Source of the DNA: Paramoeba atlantica
Taxonomy: Eukaryota; Protista; Discosea
Assembly (NCBI GenBank): GCA_977017575.1
Contig: CDRNVI010000037.1
Coordinates: 62,001-126,000 of the forward strand
Reading direction: 5' to 3'
DNA length: 64,000 nucleotides
Each line of letters opens with the position of its first letter. Within the stretch, counting starts at the first letter, position 1. The notes under the pieces are model-generated. The model saw nothing but the letters and a program-made list of their open reading frames with translations. It ran no database searches and was not told where the DNA came from. Below are positions 34,272 through 46,147 of the stretch, one piece after another. Made by a program: the position numbers and the translations under genes.

Positions 34272-34973
34272 TAAGCGGTTGATTTGTATTTGGTTGCTCG
34301 GTTTTTCTTGATTGCATTGGGAGACTCTTTAAAGTTATAAAGTGAAAGTAGACAACTTGCTAAAACATTTATAAATATTATAATTTTCTTTCATGGGTTG
34401 AGCCGGAATCAAAAATACTTTCTCAAGTTCTCGAAAATGTTTTTTGATGATGCGGTCCATTAACGACCAAATAATTTCAAGGCGTTGTGGGAAGGTACAT
34501 TGCACTGTTTGGTGAGTAATTGTGAGTAGTTTCATTTTTGGCTGAGTTGGAATACTGGCCCTTTATACATTTAACGGGAGTTTCCATCAAATGCATACAT
34601 GAATGAGAAACCAATTATGAAGAAAAAATGTCCTAAAAAAATAAACCAAACGGGAAATTTAGAAAAATTCGGGAAAAACAAGCATTTTTTCGTGTATTTT
34701 GTAGCTATGATGGACGTAGGAGTTGGTATGGGCAAAAAGACCGCGGAAATCGCTTTAATTTTTTGAGCTCTGTAGAATGTCGAAGGAATTAGGTCAAAAG
34801 CTCTTACGAGAGGGGGGACCATTGCCTGGACGGTACTTCTCTTGCGTGTGTAGATCATAAGTGTTCTGCTATAAATTAATCTCACATGAATTTTATATAC
34901 GTTTAACGTCTAGCAATGTATATTCGTTTTGTCTTGCCACCAGTTCTGTAGGATCACATTTCCTTTCTATCAC

Positions 34974-37553
34974 ATGAGCACGCATGAAATACTAGCTAAG
35001 GACGCCGAAATAAGCCAGCTGAAACTGCGATTGCGTCAAGTTCAGCATCAACTTGCATCGGCAATTGCCAAACCCGGTTCGAATACTACGAGCTCGTTTT
35101 CTGAATCGACTCCTGGGGACAGTGCGACTGATAAGGAAAAAAATACTCACACTTTTTCTGAATCACACCACTCTTCCATAGAGAGGGTAACGAAAAGGAA
35201 ATTAGCGGATGACATAGTCGATGGTGCAGCTTCGAGACGAAGGGCTGTACCATCCTCAAAGAGTATACCAGGAACGAAAGAAACACAAAACAGAGCACAA
35301 GTCGCTGCGGATGCAGAAATTCTGAAATCGTTGCACACAAAGATCGACGAAATTTTACAGTGCTGTGTCCACATGAAATCTTCTTCCCAAGAGGTTGAAG
35401 AGCGATCTACTCGGAAGGAGGTCACAAAGGAACCAAGTCCAGTAATATTACAGGAACTTTACAAGGCAATAAGCGAGCTGTCCGAAAAGTTCACAAAAAA
35501 TACGCAAATATCCGAGAAGCAATTGCTCCAGAGGTTGGAAAAATTAGAGCGAAATATAGCCAAATTTGAACGCGGTACGATCGATGCATTGCATAAGCTA
35601 AAAAATACAGTCATCACATTGGGTAAACAAGAGTCCTCAATGATACAAACTGAATGCGAAGGAGACGCTTCCCCACTTTCCCATGCACTAACATCTCAGG
35701 GAATTGCCTCTGTCTTACAAGTATGTGAACGCGATATCAAAGAAGTGGGGAACACCATTTCAAAACCTTCAAAGAAAGCTAAAACAGTTTCTTTGGAGGC
35801 TCGCAAACGGATTACTGCAATACCTAAGAAAAGGCCCGCGAAAAGTAGAAAAAATGTTCCGATCGTCGATGTCACACAAAGACCATTGCAAACGAGCGCT
35901 ATTCTTGACACACAACCAGGTCAAACTACTTCCTTACGGTCTTTACCGCTGGATGAAGAGAAGCTCATTTCTAAACAATCTATCGACAACAGTACAACGA
36001 CCCGCATTGCCATCCCATCCCCATCCCAAGAACTCACACCGCCTCCCGCACCCACACAACACCTCGCCTCCCTCCCCCTCCCCGACTTGCTCCACTCCCT
36101 TATGCAACACCTCTCCGAGACCGCTCTCGTTACCGATCACGAATCCATCCAATCCCTCTCCCGGGCCCACCTCCACCTCCTACGACGCACCCTCCCCTGC
36201 GTCACCCACCTCACCGCCCCCTTCCTCCACCTCCTCCGCACCCGGTGGACCTCCTGTCCCCCCCTCACCCTTCACCGCACCCTCCACACCCTCCTCGTCC
36301 TCCTCAAACGCGCCTTCCCCGTTCGCGACTTCACCCAGTCCTACGTCCATCTCGTCTCCCAAGCCTACTTCCTCCACGCCTCCACACTCCGTGCGCTCCC
36401 CGAGCCCGAGCTCAGAGTCCTATGCATCGCGTTCCAAGCCCTCACCGCAAAGGAGGGCCTCGCCCCCTCCTGGCTCCTCCTCTACTACGCCACCTGCGCC
36501 ATCGGGCCTCGCTTCCCCGACACGCTGTTAAAATTCCTCACGGTGTTCCACAGCGTCTCCGGGAGCAGCGCTGCCCCGGCAGTGCTGGGGGGGGAGCCGT
36601 ATCGCGGGGCCGCCCCCCACCCCGGGCTGCTCTATGCCACGCTGCACCTCACGCTGCTGCGGCTGTGTGCGGACTGCGGCCCCTCGTTAAAGGGGTTCCT
36701 CCACGATGCGGGGTTCCCCCCCTCCCCGAGTTATCATGTGGAGACGCTGTTACGGGTCGCGTTGCGACGGATCCGATCCCACCACAGCGGCGCCGGGGGG
36801 TGGGGGTTGCCAACGGGGGTGGGGGCCACGGGGTCGTGGGAGGAGAAGCCAAGGGTTCTCCCCGGGAAGGGCGCTGCTCCTTTTTATGAGGGGAAGAGGA
36901 GTGGGGGATCGGGTTCCTCTCCTGGGGAGGGGCTAAGAAAGGGAGAGGAGGAGCCACCAGGTTGTGTTGCTCCGTTTGTTGTGGATCTTGAGGCACGGCT
37001 GTCGTTACGACTGCTCGTGACCTCCACCATGGACCCCTCCCGGGCGGTTGGGTTTGTGCACCGCGAGCTCGCAGAGGGGTGGGGATGTGTGTCGATGTTG
37101 GCGGCATTGGTGGCGGCCTACCCCCGGCTCCCGGGGTGGCTGCCCCCGAGCCACCCGTTGATACAACAAGCCCTGGCGGTACTACGATGGCAACCTGCAG
37201 GAGGTGGAAGGGGAGAAAGGGGAGTAGAACAACGGGGTAGTAGGGGGGAGGACAATTTCATGAACGCCGAGACTCCGGGGACGGGGACAAAGGGGAGACT
37301 GGACCCGTTGGAGGCGCTACAGATGGAGGCCGCCATTGTGGTGCTGAAATGCTGTGGTCCTGGGGTGGAGATGGAGAGTGTGTTCAGGGCCTTGGTGCCG
37401 TTTCTTCGACGCTGGGAACGGGAGGTGGATCTTGGGGCCTTGGAAGGAGGTAGTGAAGAGCGTGCGAACGCTTCATCGCAAACAGTGGATTTACGACAAA
37501 GCTTGTTAAGGGCTATCGTCGAAATCACAAACGTGCGACACCGAAAAGAGTAG
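34974..37553 (+). CDS. Large hypothetical protein (N-terminal coiled coils, helical C-terminal half)
   Basis: Open frame of about 860 aa on the host strand; no family recognised. Confidence 0.75.
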   Translation: MSTHEILAKDAEISQLKLRLRQVQHQLASAIAKPGSNTTSSFSESTPGDSATDKEKNTHTFSESHHSSIERVTKRKLADDIVDGAASRRRAVPSSKSIPGTKETQNRAQVAADAEILKSLHTKIDEILQCCVHMKSSSQEVEERSTRKEVTKEPSPVILQELYKAISELSEKFTKNTQISEKQLLQRLEKLERNIAKFERGTIDALHKLKNTVITLGKQESSMIQTECEGDASPLSHALTSQGIASVLQVCERDIKEVGNTISKPSKKAKTVSLEARKRITAIPKKRPAKSRKNVPIVDVTQRPLQTSAILDTQPGQTTSLRSLPLDEEKLISKQSIDNSTTTRIAIPSPSQELTPPPAPTQHLASLPLPDLLHSLMQHLSETALVTDHESIQSLSRAHLHLLRRTLPCVTHLTAPFLHLLRTRWTSCPPLTLHRTLHTLLVLLKRAFPVRDFTQSYVHLVSQAYFLHASTLRALPEPELRVLCIAFQALTAKEGLAPSWLLLYYATCAIGPRFPDTLLKFLTVFHSVSGSSAAPAVLGGEPYRGAAPHPGLLYATLHLTLLRLCADCGPSLKGFLHDAGFPPSPSYHVETLLRVALRRIRSHHSGAGGWGLPTGVGATGSWEEKPRVLPGKGAAPFYEGKRSGGSGSSPGEGLRKGEEEPPGCVAPFVVDLEARLSLRLLVTSTMDPSRAVGFVHRELAEGWGCVSMLAALVAAYPRLPGWLPPSHPLIQQALAVLRWQPAGGGRGERGVEQRGSRGEDNFMNAETPGTGTKGRLDPLEALQMEAAIVVLKCCGPGVEMESVFRALVPFLRRWEREVDLGALEGGSEERANASSQTVDLRQSLLRAIVEITNVRHRKE

Positions 37554-37901
37554 GATGGTGAACCGATTAAGATACAGTTTCTGTGCCTCTTTTTGGTGCG
37601 AGGAGCTAATTTAAGAGTTTGATCTCTTTTGGAACAGGTGTTGTGCCTGTATGTGTGATTCTTACACGAAAGAGGAATCAAGTCCGGGTTAGAAATCAGG
37701 TAAAGTGTCTTTACCTTCGTCTTTACCTTTGCATGTCTGCTTGTGTTTTTTATTGAAACTTCTTTAAAAGACATTAGCGTAGTACATACACACTACCATA
37801 TCTGAGTTAAACCTTTTTTGGGTGCATTTTACAGCACCACTGAATATAGAATTAACGAATCACACACTATTTCTCGTTCTTGCTGTTCTATTTCACACAT
37901 C

Positions 37902-38552
37902 ATGTTTAGACGGTGCATTCAAATCCATGAGAACTGGCGAGAGCTTTACCACCGCATTCATGGACCTCGAAGACTCGCACTCGCCCAATGGCTTCGGGAC
38001 AGGAAAGTAAACGCGACAGGAGTACCGGGGGATGGTGCCTTCCCTCCTGGCTACTCCCCCAATCATGCTCAAGGCCCTGCTCCGAATAGCTACGTCCAGC
38101 AGAGCATGGAAAACGCACACGAGCGTCATAAACGGGACAGGACCTCCACAGAAACTTTACAAGACCGTAACGTAAGTCCGTCCACCTCTTCTCCATTGGG
38201 AGGAGAGTCGCCACAGAAGGAATTGGTTCCCCACACATCCGGATCCTATCCTACTGCTCGGTATCGCTACAACCGCTGGTGGGTGAGTAACTCGGGTGAT
38301 TTTGTGGAGCAAATCCACGTGTTCGAGGATCCCAGGGTGATTGAACGTCGACGCACGCAATTGCCCGACCCTACCCATGAGGACTTGTGGCGGAAGAACC
38401 AGTGCCCCTTTTTCACCCCTTTCGAGCCTTTCGTAAAGGTGATGGACTACCCCGATGACCCGGATGCGAAGCACTTGTACAGCGCGACTATCCCAAAGTG
38501 GAAAGATTTCATGAAGCGCACGCGACCACCTATACCTCGTACCTGGTATTGA
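37902..38552 (+). CDS. Hypothetical mitochondrial protein, possibly a kinetoplastid mitoribosomal subunit
   Basis: MFRRC-type presequence; W/Y/P-rich conserved-looking blocks (RYRYNRWW, DYPDDPDAKHL, IPRTWY). The function is a recollection, not verified. Confidence 0.5.
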   Translation: MFRRCIQIHENWRELYHRIHGPRRLALAQWLRDRKVNATGVPGDGAFPPGYSPNHAQGPAPNSYVQQSMENAHERHKRDRTSTETLQDRNVSPSTSSPLGGESPQKELVPHTSGSYPTARYRYNRWWVSNSGDFVEQIHVFEDPRVIERRRTQLPDPTHEDLWRKNQCPFFTPFEPFVKVMDYPDDPDAKHLYSATIPKWKDFMKRTRPPIPRTWY

Positions 38553-38785
38553 GGTCGAGAGTTTGTTTTTGTCGGGTTTGGGAGTGCCTGGAGGATTTTT
38601 ATGGGACTTCGCAGCAAAACTCAGTTATTCTGACTTAAAGTCACTTTGGTACAATAAATCTAATAGCTAAACATTCAATTCACGGCTTATACAAGTTCTG
38701 TAATTCTGTATAAATGTTTAAAATGCGTCTTAGTTTCTACCATGTTCCGTCTTACCATTAGCGAGATGGACCGAGCAGATACATC

Positions 38786-39421
38786 ATGTTTGGTCACACG
38801 CATTGCATTTCAGCAGCAAGACGTATTTTTAAGGAAAAACCAAAATTGGATCGAGTTGCGAAAGTACGACAAATTCGAAAACGGCCATGTGTTGAATTAT
38901 TACCAGTAAGTGCAAAGACGATTTTCTTTTCCGAATATGCCAAATACGGAAAATCGAATCCAGCGACTCCTTTCACACTAAAAGCGGCGAATATAGAATA
39001 TGATAGGTTAACCGAAGACCTGCTTCGCAGATACAAAGATATTGCCTTTATTAATTTGCAAAGGAAACGACACTTGCAAGACATTGTAAAAGGTCTAAGA
39101 AGTTCCGCTTTTTGTTTATACAAAAGCAGGCATATGAAATCTATCTATCAAGACATAGTGCCTGTATTTTCCGATCGAAGAAACGCGTTTCTTGCGGCAT
39201 TCAAGCAGGTTAGGGCCGACTACCTTGCCCTGTCGTACAGGAAGAAGAAAGTTCTGTTGGACGAGGCAAAATCAATAAGGGAAAATGCAAGGTCCTTCAT
39301 ACAACAACAAGATCAAAGTAGAACACCGCTTTATCACAAGAGTTCAGGTGCTGCATCGACAAAAAAGGACTATCAATGGAAAAAAGGAAAAGAAACTGCA
39401 ATTTCGAACAAGAGAAAATAG
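38786..39421 (+). CDS. Kinetoplast-associated (KAP-like) basic protein with two degenerate HMG boxes
   Basis: Lys/Arg-rich; two blocks with HMG-like spacing (SAKTIFF...YDRLTEDLLRRYKDIA; SAFCLY...YLALSYRKKKVLLDEA). Confidence 0.5.
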   Translation: MFGHTHCISAARRIFKEKPKLDRVAKVRQIRKRPCVELLPVSAKTIFFSEYAKYGKSNPATPFTLKAANIEYDRLTEDLLRRYKDIAFINLQRKRHLQDIVKGLRSSAFCLYKSRHMKSIYQDIVPVFSDRRNAFLAAFKQVRADYLALSYRKKKVLLDEAKSIRENARSFIQQQDQSRTPLYHKSSGAASTKKDYQWKKGKETAISNKRK

Positions 39422-40759
39422 TTGCTGTCACCCCTATTCAATAGCGCCGTGATTCAAAAAAAAATGCTTTACACCCTATCTAGAAATCTACCCTTGCATT
39501 TCTTAGTACAGTGCCACACACTATCCTCTAATTCCATTTCTTTTGGTGATGAGTGTGTCCTTTTTCCACTGAAGACCCTTCTCGTGACAAGCCCGTGGCT
39601 TTGAAGCCACTGCTCGCTATGCTTCCGTCCGGCGTGATATACGGCTGAGGGTGAACTTTCTTCGACAAGCGAACCCCCGACACCCCTGGCATACCATAGA
39701 AAATAACGGAAAAAGGGTATACAATAGTCATATACAATATTATCTACGTAGATAATGGCCTTTTGTCGAAAGGAAAAATGTCAAGCTAAAAAGTCATAAG
39801 AAAAGCGAATTTTCCTTTACCTCCACCCAAAAAATTGTCGAATCCGCCGCTTTCCGTATCTACCCCAACAACAAAAAGTGTATCGAAAGGGAGCAGAAGC
39901 TTGTTTAACAACGATAAAAAAGGGCGCCGCGAACCGATTTTTTTTCGGTATATATATTACGTACTCAACTTTTACGTAACAATTACGTATATATTACGTA
40001 CGAATATACGGTATTTTATTTTTTCGGTAAATAAGGTATACCGAAACCGATTTTTTTTCTTTCACATTATTTTCCAGGCCCCCCCTTGAATGGGGCCTTT
40101 TGCCCAAAATCGGCGTCCTATTAAATAGGGGGAGATAGTAATAAAACAGGGTTGCGCAAGTTTATAGTTACAGTAGATAAGAAAAATGGGTTAAACTGAA
40201 CTAATATTCGCAATTTTGCAAATTTTTACAGAAAAAATCTCTTTTTTCTCGTACTTTAAGCTTTTCTCAACTTGTACATGCTTACTTCTTACAAATAAAC
40301 GCATGCACGGCATTGCTTCAAATTTACTAAAACTTGAAACAATGAATCACCCCCGTTACACTTCAAACTTCCGGTGCATACCTCTGCTTATGCTTGTATT
40401 CGGTACCCTTCTTTTACAGCTTCCTACCTGTCCCGCTTCAGACGCTTTTTGGCCATAGAGCTCATTTTTGTTGCAAACGAGAAATCTCGCTCTCATAGCA
40501 AAGCACTACGCTGACATTTTACCTTATAGCCGGGTTTGTAAACCCGGTTTGTACCGGATAAGTTTAAGATTTATTATCAAAATACAGCAAATATTGCCGC
40601 GCTCTTTTGTTGCTCTTAAAAACTCTCAACATTTAAAAAAAGGAGTGCGCTACTGTACTACCACTCCGAGTATTGAGTCCAGCAATTGAAAAGCGTTCAA
40701 TAAAATAAGTTTATAGAATTGTCCACCGAGTCGTCCAGTAGAATTATCGTAAAATTTTA

Positions 40760-41413
40760 ATGATAACATTATTTTTCATGTCAGACACGCCATCAAGGCC
40801 ACGCCTGGGTAAAGTACGTGGTCACAGATTACCTCAAGAATACGATCTCGCACGGTTTTTCCGGGGCATTGAGGAGCCGCCCAAAACGTGGTCCACTGAA
40901 ACACCTGCATGTAGGTGGAGAGGCGTCAGGTGCAATAGTCAAAGCAAAATAAATAGAATCGACATTTCTTGCACGCGAAGCAAGGGCACAATTGACTGGG
41001 CACACAGTCCCGAGACAGCCATTACTATCAATCTTCCTCAGAACACCCTTTCCGGGTCTGTGCAATGGGAAAGTTTGCCTCCCTATCTGGAAGAACTACG
41101 ACTTCACAACAACGCTTTCGAAGGAGAAATCCATCTAGGGGACATACCGAGATCGATGCAGAAAATTAGGCTAGACTACAATAAATTTTCCGGGGAGGTA
41201 GATTTCTCGAACGTTCCCCGTGGTCTTGTAGAGTTGGTCCTTTCCCATAACCGCGGACTCACGGGTTCGGTAGACGTGACGAAATTGTCCATGGCATTGC
41301 GTGCGGATCTTTCACGTTCGCAGAACTTGTGTTGGAAAGGGACGCAAATCGTGGAGAAAAGTTTTCTGGACATGTACGTTAGCAAAAACAGTTTCTTGGG
41401 TACGCATTTGTGA
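40760..41413 (+). CDS. LRR family copy 4
   Basis: RLGKVRGHRLPQEYDL..TPACRWRGVRC plus LRRs. Confidence 0.85.
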   Translation: MITLFFMSDTPSRPRLGKVRGHRLPQEYDLARFFRGIEEPPKTWSTETPACRWRGVRCNSQSKINRIDISCTRSKGTIDWAHSPETAITINLPQNTLSGSVQWESLPPYLEELRLHNNAFEGEIHLGDIPRSMQKIRLDYNKFSGEVDFSNVPRGLVELVLSHNRGLTGSVDVTKLSMALRADLSRSQNLCWKGTQIVEKSFLDMYVSKNSFLGTHL

Positions 41414-41887
41414 GTACTAGCACGCATGCAGTACAGCATTGCATATTACTGTATACAGTGACCCCCGTTTAAGTTCTTAAGGAAAATGAGGCGCGCTTGA
41501 ACGTGGGGTACAGTTTAAAGAACTTATAAACTTATCCATAAATCTTTAGGATGCGATGTCTTTTTTTGTATTTTCTTGTGGTGTTTACTAAAAGTGTTTG
41601 CCATATGAGCACTAAATACGTATATAAAGCACTAAAATATGTATAAAAATTTTGATAAAGACACTGAACGTATGAGTCGTGAAAAAAAGCATGGGTCTTC
41701 AAAAAAAGAGGAGCTAGGAAATTGGTTTGAAACGGATGCTTAGCGTTTGAAAATTGATACCATGACTGTTTCTTAGTTCTCCAGGTACTCTATTTACATG
41801 AGTAATTGTCTACTTTTTGATACGTACGTTTACACACCCTACTCAGCATCCTTTGATTGGATATTCTACATTGTAAATTTATAGCGA

Positions 41888-42517
41888 ATGGATTTTTCCA
41901 GTGAGGCATTCGAAACGCAAAAGCGAGCGACATCCGGATCAGCGACGCGCCTAGGGAGAGTCAGCGCTGCGTCGCATTTTCAAGATCAGCTTTTTCAATT
42001 CACCTGCAACGTGCATCCTGTTCATCCCACGTGGGATATAAAGAGACCTGCGTGTGAGTGGAACGGTGTGAATTGTGACGAGCGGGGGAATGTCGTGGAA
42101 CTGATGTGGGCGATTCGTAACTTAGCGGGTAAGCCCTGCTGGTCATCGTTACCTGCCATGTTGCAAAAGATTTACCTGAACGGTAATCATCTCTCTGGGT
42201 CATTACCGTTTGAAGATCTTCCGGGGCAGCTGGTGGAACTGCACGCAAGCGGAAATTTGTTTTCGGGTGCACTCGATTTCACGCAGCTGCCGCCCACAAT
42301 GTGTTCCATAAATCTGGATCGCAATCGGTTTGATGGGGAAGTAAATCTTAGTCAGCTTCCGAATGGTCTCACAATATTGTGTTTAGATTACAATCAAAGG
42401 TTGAGTGGTCAAATTTCCAAAGAACATTTACCAAAGACTCTTGTGCATTGTTCACTGCTGGGGACAGGCATCGAATGGGGTGACAGCCATAGTTCGTCCA
42501 TGTGTACTACTATGTGA
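41888..42517 (+). CDS. LRR family copy 5
   Basis: RLGRVSA..W.IKRPACEWNGVNC plus LRRs. Confidence 0.85.
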   Translation: MDFSSEAFETQKRATSGSATRLGRVSAASHFQDQLFQFTCNVHPVHPTWDIKRPACEWNGVNCDERGNVVELMWAIRNLAGKPCWSSLPAMLQKIYLNGNHLSGSLPFEDLPGQLVELHASGNLFSGALDFTQLPPTMCSINLDRNRFDGEVNLSQLPNGLTILCLDYNQRLSGQISKEHLPKTLVHCSLLGTGIEWGDSHSSSMCTTM

Positions 42518-42852
42518 GAAGAACTCATCCTTGACTAAAGATGACGCTTGTCAATTCACTTGGCAGACACGCAACGCATGTCGGTCTATCCAATGAAGCA
42601 GTAGTGGTACAGTGTATTGTAAAAAAAGTGTAATAACTTTCTATGTAGGTGTTCTGTGTTGTTTTAGAAGAAAATATTTGGAAATTCTTGATGAAGGGAT
42701 AGATTCAGGAGGGTTTTTGCAACGCTACGTAACAGAAGTTGCGTTCACCGGCTTAATGATGTACATATTAAATTCAACCGAGTAGCATAATCAACTTTTA
42801 CTTTTGAAACCAACGTACTTTTTTCAAAAACGTTTTTCTCAAATACGATTTG

Positions 42853-43680
42853 ATGTCAAAAGAAAGCATTCCAGTTGGGGAAAAGGAAGCAATTAAATCT
42901 AATCCACCTACTATAGACACAGAAACTGTGGGCATACCTAAAGAAGTATTGGGAAAACTTTCTTCTCTTCAAGACGCGCTTAACCAGTTTATTGACAAAG
43001 ATTGGATATCGAAGAGATCTTGCGCGGACTGGTCTCTCGCGATAACGTTAGAATGTGCAGAGCTAATTGATTCCTACCCGTGGAAATGGTGGAAGAGCGT
43101 TCACCGTGAGCCCGATCTAAAAAATGTATGCATTGAACTTGTAGATATCCTTCATTTCTCGTTGTCTGGAATGATACAAGTGGATGCTCTAGCAGGTCGA
43201 ACAGATACAACGGAAAATGGTCCTAATACTGATGAAGCTAAAAACGGCGAGAAAAATTTATTGCTAGACCGCGTTCATCATCCTCTTTCTAACACACAGA
43301 ATGCTATTCGAACGTTCCGTCAACTTATTCGTGATGCCGACCACAACCTTTTCGACATTGTTACTTCAACTGTCATTCAAGCTGCAAGCGATCTTTCTTT
43401 TAATCTTGTTGCCTACTACCTCGCAAAGCACACGTTAAATCATGTACGGCAGCTCGGGGGTTACAAGGCATCGAAGTATCGAAAAGTGGACAGTGCAGGT
43501 CGTGAAGATAACGAACTCTTACATGATTGTATTCGTGATCTGGGTCCGTGTACGACAGAATTTCTTCAGAATTTCGATTCAAAAGCAAACTGTATTCTGA
43601 GTAGAGTGTATGACGTATTTGATACGCCTCAAGAACAACGCCAGACAGTGGAGAGGTGGTTGTGGAAGAAAGGCAACTAA
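42853..43680 (+). CDS. DUT: Dimeric all-alpha dUTPase (trypanosomatid type)
   Basis: LQDALN, ECAELIDSYPWKWWK, IELVDILHF, YLAKHTLN.VRQ..GYK...Y.KV..GREDNE. Confidence 0.93.
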   Translation: MSKESIPVGEKEAIKSNPPTIDTETVGIPKEVLGKLSSLQDALNQFIDKDWISKRSCADWSLAITLECAELIDSYPWKWWKSVHREPDLKNVCIELVDILHFSLSGMIQVDALAGRTDTTENGPNTDEAKNGEKNLLLDRVHHPLSNTQNAIRTFRQLIRDADHNLFDIVTSTVIQAASDLSFNLVAYYLAKHTLNHVRQLGGYKASKYRKVDSAGREDNELLHDCIRDLGPCTTEFLQNFDSKANCILSRVYDVFDTPQEQRQTVERWLWKKGN

Positions 43681-44106
43681 AGGCCGGAATAAATACTTTT
43701 TATTGGTTTTGCGATAGAAGAGAGAAATTCGTAGTCTTTCAAGAAATCGCAATTGTACCCGGCGTACATATTCATTTTGAGCTCCATTTAAATACATTTT
43801 TTGGGTTTCATAGAATACATAATAAGAAAAGCAATTGAAGAAAACCGCGGCCTTATGGAAACGGTTATGGAACGGTCCTACAACATGTACCAGAATATAC
43901 GAAAAAAATTACAGCATTCATAAATATCACGGAAACCATAAATTAAGGGGAGACAAACATTGTAAATCCCATGATTTCGAGCGTATTCTGAAATATGGAC
44001 AAGTTTTACAAATTTTAGACCCCCCAGCATCTGATTTTCACCCCTGCATACGATGATCTCTGCGTTGTCGTGCACGTTTCTTTTTCTCTCGGCATTCCTG
44101 TCATTA

Positions 44107-45568
44107 CCGTTACCCCCCCCCCTTACTTCGCCTCCCCCCTTACTTCACCACATTTAGTCACTGGATGTGTGGTGAAGTAAGGGGGGTGTCAGATTTTTCC
44201 CCAGGCAACTTACCACCTCTACACAGCCGGACGGGTGCACTGCAACCGACCGTTACATCGGTAGAGGACTTCGGCCTCCAGACTTCCAAATCTATCTGTG
44301 AAGTGTCTGGCTTGCCAGTGACCAATCGGAGCAATCCGGAATGATTGATTCGTTGAACCATTTCGAATTTAGAACGATTTTCTTCCATGTCAGTTTCATC
44401 ATCGCTTTGATCATAAAGTTGCGCCACAGCGTCTTGTAGTTCTAAAATTTAAGTTGATGTTCAATAAGTTATGTTCTGCGACATCATTTAAATTTTACGA
44501 TGTAAGAAATTTTCATGGGCGGAAAGATAAAAATGCATGGGACATTGTGGACAAGCTACCGGTGAAACTTTAATTAAGAATAACATTAATTAACGTAATG
44601 TCTGACGAGAAAAAAATGATTACGTTAATTAATGCTACGTTCATTAAAGTTACGTTAATTTGTGTTTTTGTGGCGCGATAGCAAAATTTAGTTCCACAAA
44701 AAATTTGAGGTTTATTATTTTTAAGCCCACAAAATTGAACAAAGTTTGGACACTTATCCAAAATTTCACCTAAAGCGAAATAGTCCACCGCCTATGGGTG
44801 TAGTTTCCAAGGGCAACGGGCCGTATTGAGGCGTCTGCTAGAAATTTAAAAAAAGAAATTATTACTTATTTTTCGCCTTTTTTTGACCAAATTTAATTAC
44901 CGTCAAAGTACTTATTAACAATAATAGTAATTAACGGAATGTTTTTTTGGACGGAAATTATTCCGTTAATTATTATTCCAATGATTTTTACCAAAATCCT
45001 AACAAAATTTAAGCGTCAAGAGATCTATCTTGTAACTTCTGCGGATACGTCTTAATCGATTCATCCTTTCGCGGTGACGTCGTTTTTGTTTTTCAGGAGA
45101 GAAATGTTTTGAATTTTGTTGATGAACAGACCGACCACTGACTAAAATTTTTGGGAAGAGTTTGGTGAAAATCTAAAAAAAATATTATTCCGTTAATTAT
45201 TATTCCGTTAATTTTTATTCCAATGATTTTTATTCCGTTAATAAGTACTTTGACGGTATTACGTTAATTAATACTACGTTAATTAAAAAAACGTACATTT
45301 TAATTACGTTAAAAAGTGTTTCACCGGTAAAAGAAACATAAAATATAGAACGTGCAACACGAGGTATTACAACACTCAAGAAAAGGAAATTATGCTCAAT
45401 ATCGATAGCATAGTGTACTTCAATAATTTGAGGATTTCCGAAAGAAATATAGATTGATCGAACTTTGAATCACTTATTCACCCCCCTTACTTCACCACCC
45501 CCCTTACTTCACCACAAAGTACAGGTTTTGGACCAAAAAGTGGGGGCTAAGTAAGGGGGGGATAACGG
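44107..45568. mobile_element. Three nested TA-duplicating MITEs (44107-45568 > 44559-45327 > 44900-45256)
   Basis: TIR pairs ccgtta..ccccttactt / aagtaaggg..taacgg, ccggtgaaac / gtttcaccgg and ccgtcaaagtacttattaac / gttaataagtactttgacgg, each flanked by TA. Confidence 0.8.
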
Positions 45569-45570
45569 TA

Positions 45571-45870
45571 TATAAATTCCTTCTGTATGATAGAAACAGT
45601 GTCTCGTGCAGCCGCAGTTCGCATTTCATGGACAGAAGCAACAACTTTGCTTCCAACGTTTTGGTCAATTCTGTGACAGTTTGACTGCTTAAAAGTGTTT
45701 CTAGTGCCAATTGTTCACGGCCATTGTCATTCGCCATACGTTATAGAACCTGGATAATTTGACATTGTGTTCACAAAAAACACTTTGCGAGTAGAATATG
45801 ACAAGAAAACGTTTAGACCACATCAAAGCAAAATATCACTTTTTCGTAAAATTATGCTTCACTTTCACTT
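45571..45870 (-). pseudogene. Merlin transposase remnant
   Basis: High nucleotide similarity to about 53970-54130 (ctcgtgcagccgcagttcgcatttcatg.., tcaattctgtgacagtttgac). Confidence 0.8.
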
Positions 45871-46147
45871 TCACTTCTACTGGTGATCACTTTTTTAACA
45901 CTTTAGCAAGAATAACTTATCACACCTGTGACCTTCTAACATACCTGTGACCTCGTACAATACCGGGGTGTATATTAAGCCGGACCCGTTTATTTGTTTT
46001 CCTTAATTTATCAGTGGACTGCAAACCATGGATTCTAATAATTTATTGGAACCATTGGTTTATTATAACCATTGGTTTATTATAAACCAATACTTTATCT
46101 ATATAACTTACCTCTAACTTTCGTAAATTTGTTTTGGCATCCACCAC

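Noticed and set aside
34335-34885. Possible further transposase remnant
   Set aside because: Only a weak resemblance (PQRLEIIWSLM) to the Tc1 P..N.IE..W motif; not enough support.
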